Shown here: positions 61,851 through 64,000 of the stretch, piece by piece
Position numbering within the stretch: position 1 is the stretch's first letter
Layout: every line of letters starts with the position of its first letter
Origin: Takakia lepidozioides
Lineage: Eukaryota; Plantae; Bryophyta
DNA: 64,000 nucleotides
Assembly (NCBI GenBank): GCA_030704615.1
Contig: CM060732.1
Coordinates: forward strand, 49,290,001-49,354,000
Reading direction: 5' to 3'
Translations under genes and position numbers: made by a program
Notes under the pieces: generated by a model
The model's input: only the letters and a program-made list of their open reading frames with translations
What the model was told of the DNA's origin: nothing
Databases searched by the model: none

Positions 61851-63379
61851 ATAATTTAATGCGCAGATTTATATTGAGAGTTTTTGAGGACCAGGAGAAT
61901 CAAGTTGTATGTAGACGGTGCAGAATCAGGACCATTTATTACATAAACTACGAAACACCGATACACCCCACAAATGGAAGGGTCTGCGACGACCGTAAAG
62001 CCAAGAGAGCTCAGACATTTATATAACTAGGGTACCTGCAAGGAGCAACAATTGAAGGCGTACGGTTCCAATCGTCAAGTTCGAACATCTAAGAGTTTGT
62101 TATACGACTGTAGGCAACGGCTGATTGTTATCAACTCAACGTCTAATCACTATCAACTTAAAGAAGGCAAGTCAGGAGAGCTTGACCTAGAAGACAAAAG
62201 GCCCGATGGGCTATATTTTAAATGACACGGTTGACAGCAGTCTCGTATTTTCTAGGTGTAATTTTCCACGTATTTTTGAATGTTGTTTGAGATTTTGCTA
62301 TATTAAGGACCTCAAACTAACAGGATGAAACCGTTATCAAACGCTGTTGGTGGGGAACTTTTTTGTGTATGGCTAATGGTGGGGGAAAAGTGGTGTAGGA
62401 GCAGTTTCAACCCCAAGCGTCGATCTATCCACACCCTAAAATTTTGCTCCGCTATGGTTCCATAGAGATTCGCGGCTCCTGAGTGTTTTTTCATGGTTGG
62501 TGATTAAACCCAATGGACCTGAAAATTGGTGGGAATTTTAAGGGTACCCCAAGGAATATATGGCCAAGTTTGAGGAATTTCGACCAAAATGGACACCATT
62601 TTTGAAGCTTTTCGGGCGTCGTGACCACCCAAATTCAAATAAAGGGATTTTTGGGGGATAAAATATCTAGGAGTGCCATAGGACAGCTGGTGGGATGAAC
62701 AGTGTTACCTACCAACTGAAAATGGACAATATCTTTCATCATCCTTGATAATTGGATATTCCATCTAACATTGTTTATTACTTTTCTAGTACAATATAGA
62801 AGTGGGTTTATGGGCTTGCCCATGTTGTTTTTTAACAAGATAAATTGACCTTAACCCTTAGTCTGAATACCCAATGTTGAGTCCTAGAAAATTAGCATAA
62901 ATACGACTTTAGGCCAAAAGCTTTGGCTAGTGTGAATATGTATCAAATCCAATCCTTTAAAATTTAAAATTAGTCAATCTGTAGGGAGCATGGAACATGA
63001 TGTCCGAATTAAGTGGCGCCTGCATGTCTAAGTTTCATGCATTTGGGGCATTCTTGTGTAAAAGTATGAACATCTATAGACAACATCCATGGATCGATAT
63101 TTCAGCCACCTCTCAATGTAGATGTATCTATTATGTAACTGTGATTTTTTGCAGCAAAACTATATGTACAGAACTCTATTGTATACTTCATTTGGACTCG
63201 TTATCTCTGTATGTAGTACCCAATTTGTATGGAATATGAGTGAATATCAGTACTTCCACGTCTGATAATGCTTGGTATGGAGCGTGCCTAACTATTGCTT
63301 AATAGATTGTTAGCTAGTGATAATAAGTGAAGTTTAACACTTGCTACACCCAAACCTTAAACTTGGCAAGGATTATAGG

Positions 63380-63570
63380 ATTTTTTTAATAATCGTGGGC
63401 AATCATCATTGGTCAGGGGCGCAGTTTGTACCATCGTCCCTCTCATTTCTTTTGATGGTTGCGATGGCCTAGACAGTCCATACAATACCTGACCAACAAG
63501 GTAGCAGGATTTGAACCCGGAATCACCTGGGTGGCACACAGCGAACCAACCAACTGAGCTACCGACAGGC
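63380..63570 (-). mobile_element. tRNA-derived SINE-like element or tRNA pseudogene
   Basis: Pol III A box TAGCTCAGTTGG and B box GGTTCAAATCC at tRNA spacing, no proper cloverleaf, followed by ~110 bp body and an A-rich tail. Confidence 0.55.
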
Positions 63571-64000
63571 AATTTGATTTGTGGATAAGAGATGGATAGA
63601 TCCACGCTTGATTCACAGATATCAACTGAAAACATATCAAATGGATGACTATCGTCTATAATCCAGGGAATCGGTCCATCCAATAGGGTACCCTGCTTTT
63701 TCTGAGCTTGTGAATGGAATATTGATATTTTTATTTCAGTCTATTTTTGGGGCATTTTTGGGTGGACAATTAAATGATGTGGATGATCGTGTCACTGTCA
63801 CTTCTCCCCCTTTGACTCCGTCCCACAGAACAAATATTATCCCCTTTTATAATATTTTTGTATATAATAAATATAGGACACCAGCCAAAAAGAAAGGGGC
63901 AGAAGTCTATACCTGGTTTCCTTGGGTATCAAGTATCAACCCATGACATAAACACTGGTATGAGAACGAAGAGTTCCAATACCTAGATGAGGAACCTACT

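Overview
Eukaryotic, intron-rich land-plant DNA; a non-seed plant such as a bryophyte is my inference from gene style and TE content, not established. Host genes: an intact 20-exon LRR receptor-like kinase (+, 1109-12090), a frameshifted ALG11 alpha-1,2-mannosyltransferase pseudogene (-) and an intronless calmodulin-like EF-hand gene (-). Most of the remainder is transposon, and two unrelated TE classes each carry a DNA methyltransferase. (1) Two decayed copies and one relic of a Ty3/Gypsy family have a single gag-pol encoding Gag-2xCCHC-protease-C5 cytosine methyltransferase (DNMT3/DRM-like)-RT-RNaseH-integrase-PHD finger, preceded by an extra conserved ORF. Copy 1 has a circularly permuted ('split') LTR that looks like a 2-LTR circle opened at an internal GACA-GC-TGTC palindrome. 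The family has a Tf1-like self-priming PBS and a ~1.7-1.8 kb variable cargo slot, which in copy 2 holds an intronless OEP16 copy and an atypical bHLH fragment. (2) A 10.8 kb Mutator-like element (9-bp TSD) has a GCM-like/DDE/SWIM transposase and a divergently oriented spliced gene encoding a ParB/Srx-like domain plus a beta-class N4C/N6A amino-methyltransferase-like domain. Also present: TTAA-flanked piggyBac-like non-autonomous elements, a long-TIR foldback element, minisatellites and a tRNA-derived SINE. All domain calls are motif recognition by eye; no database searches were run.
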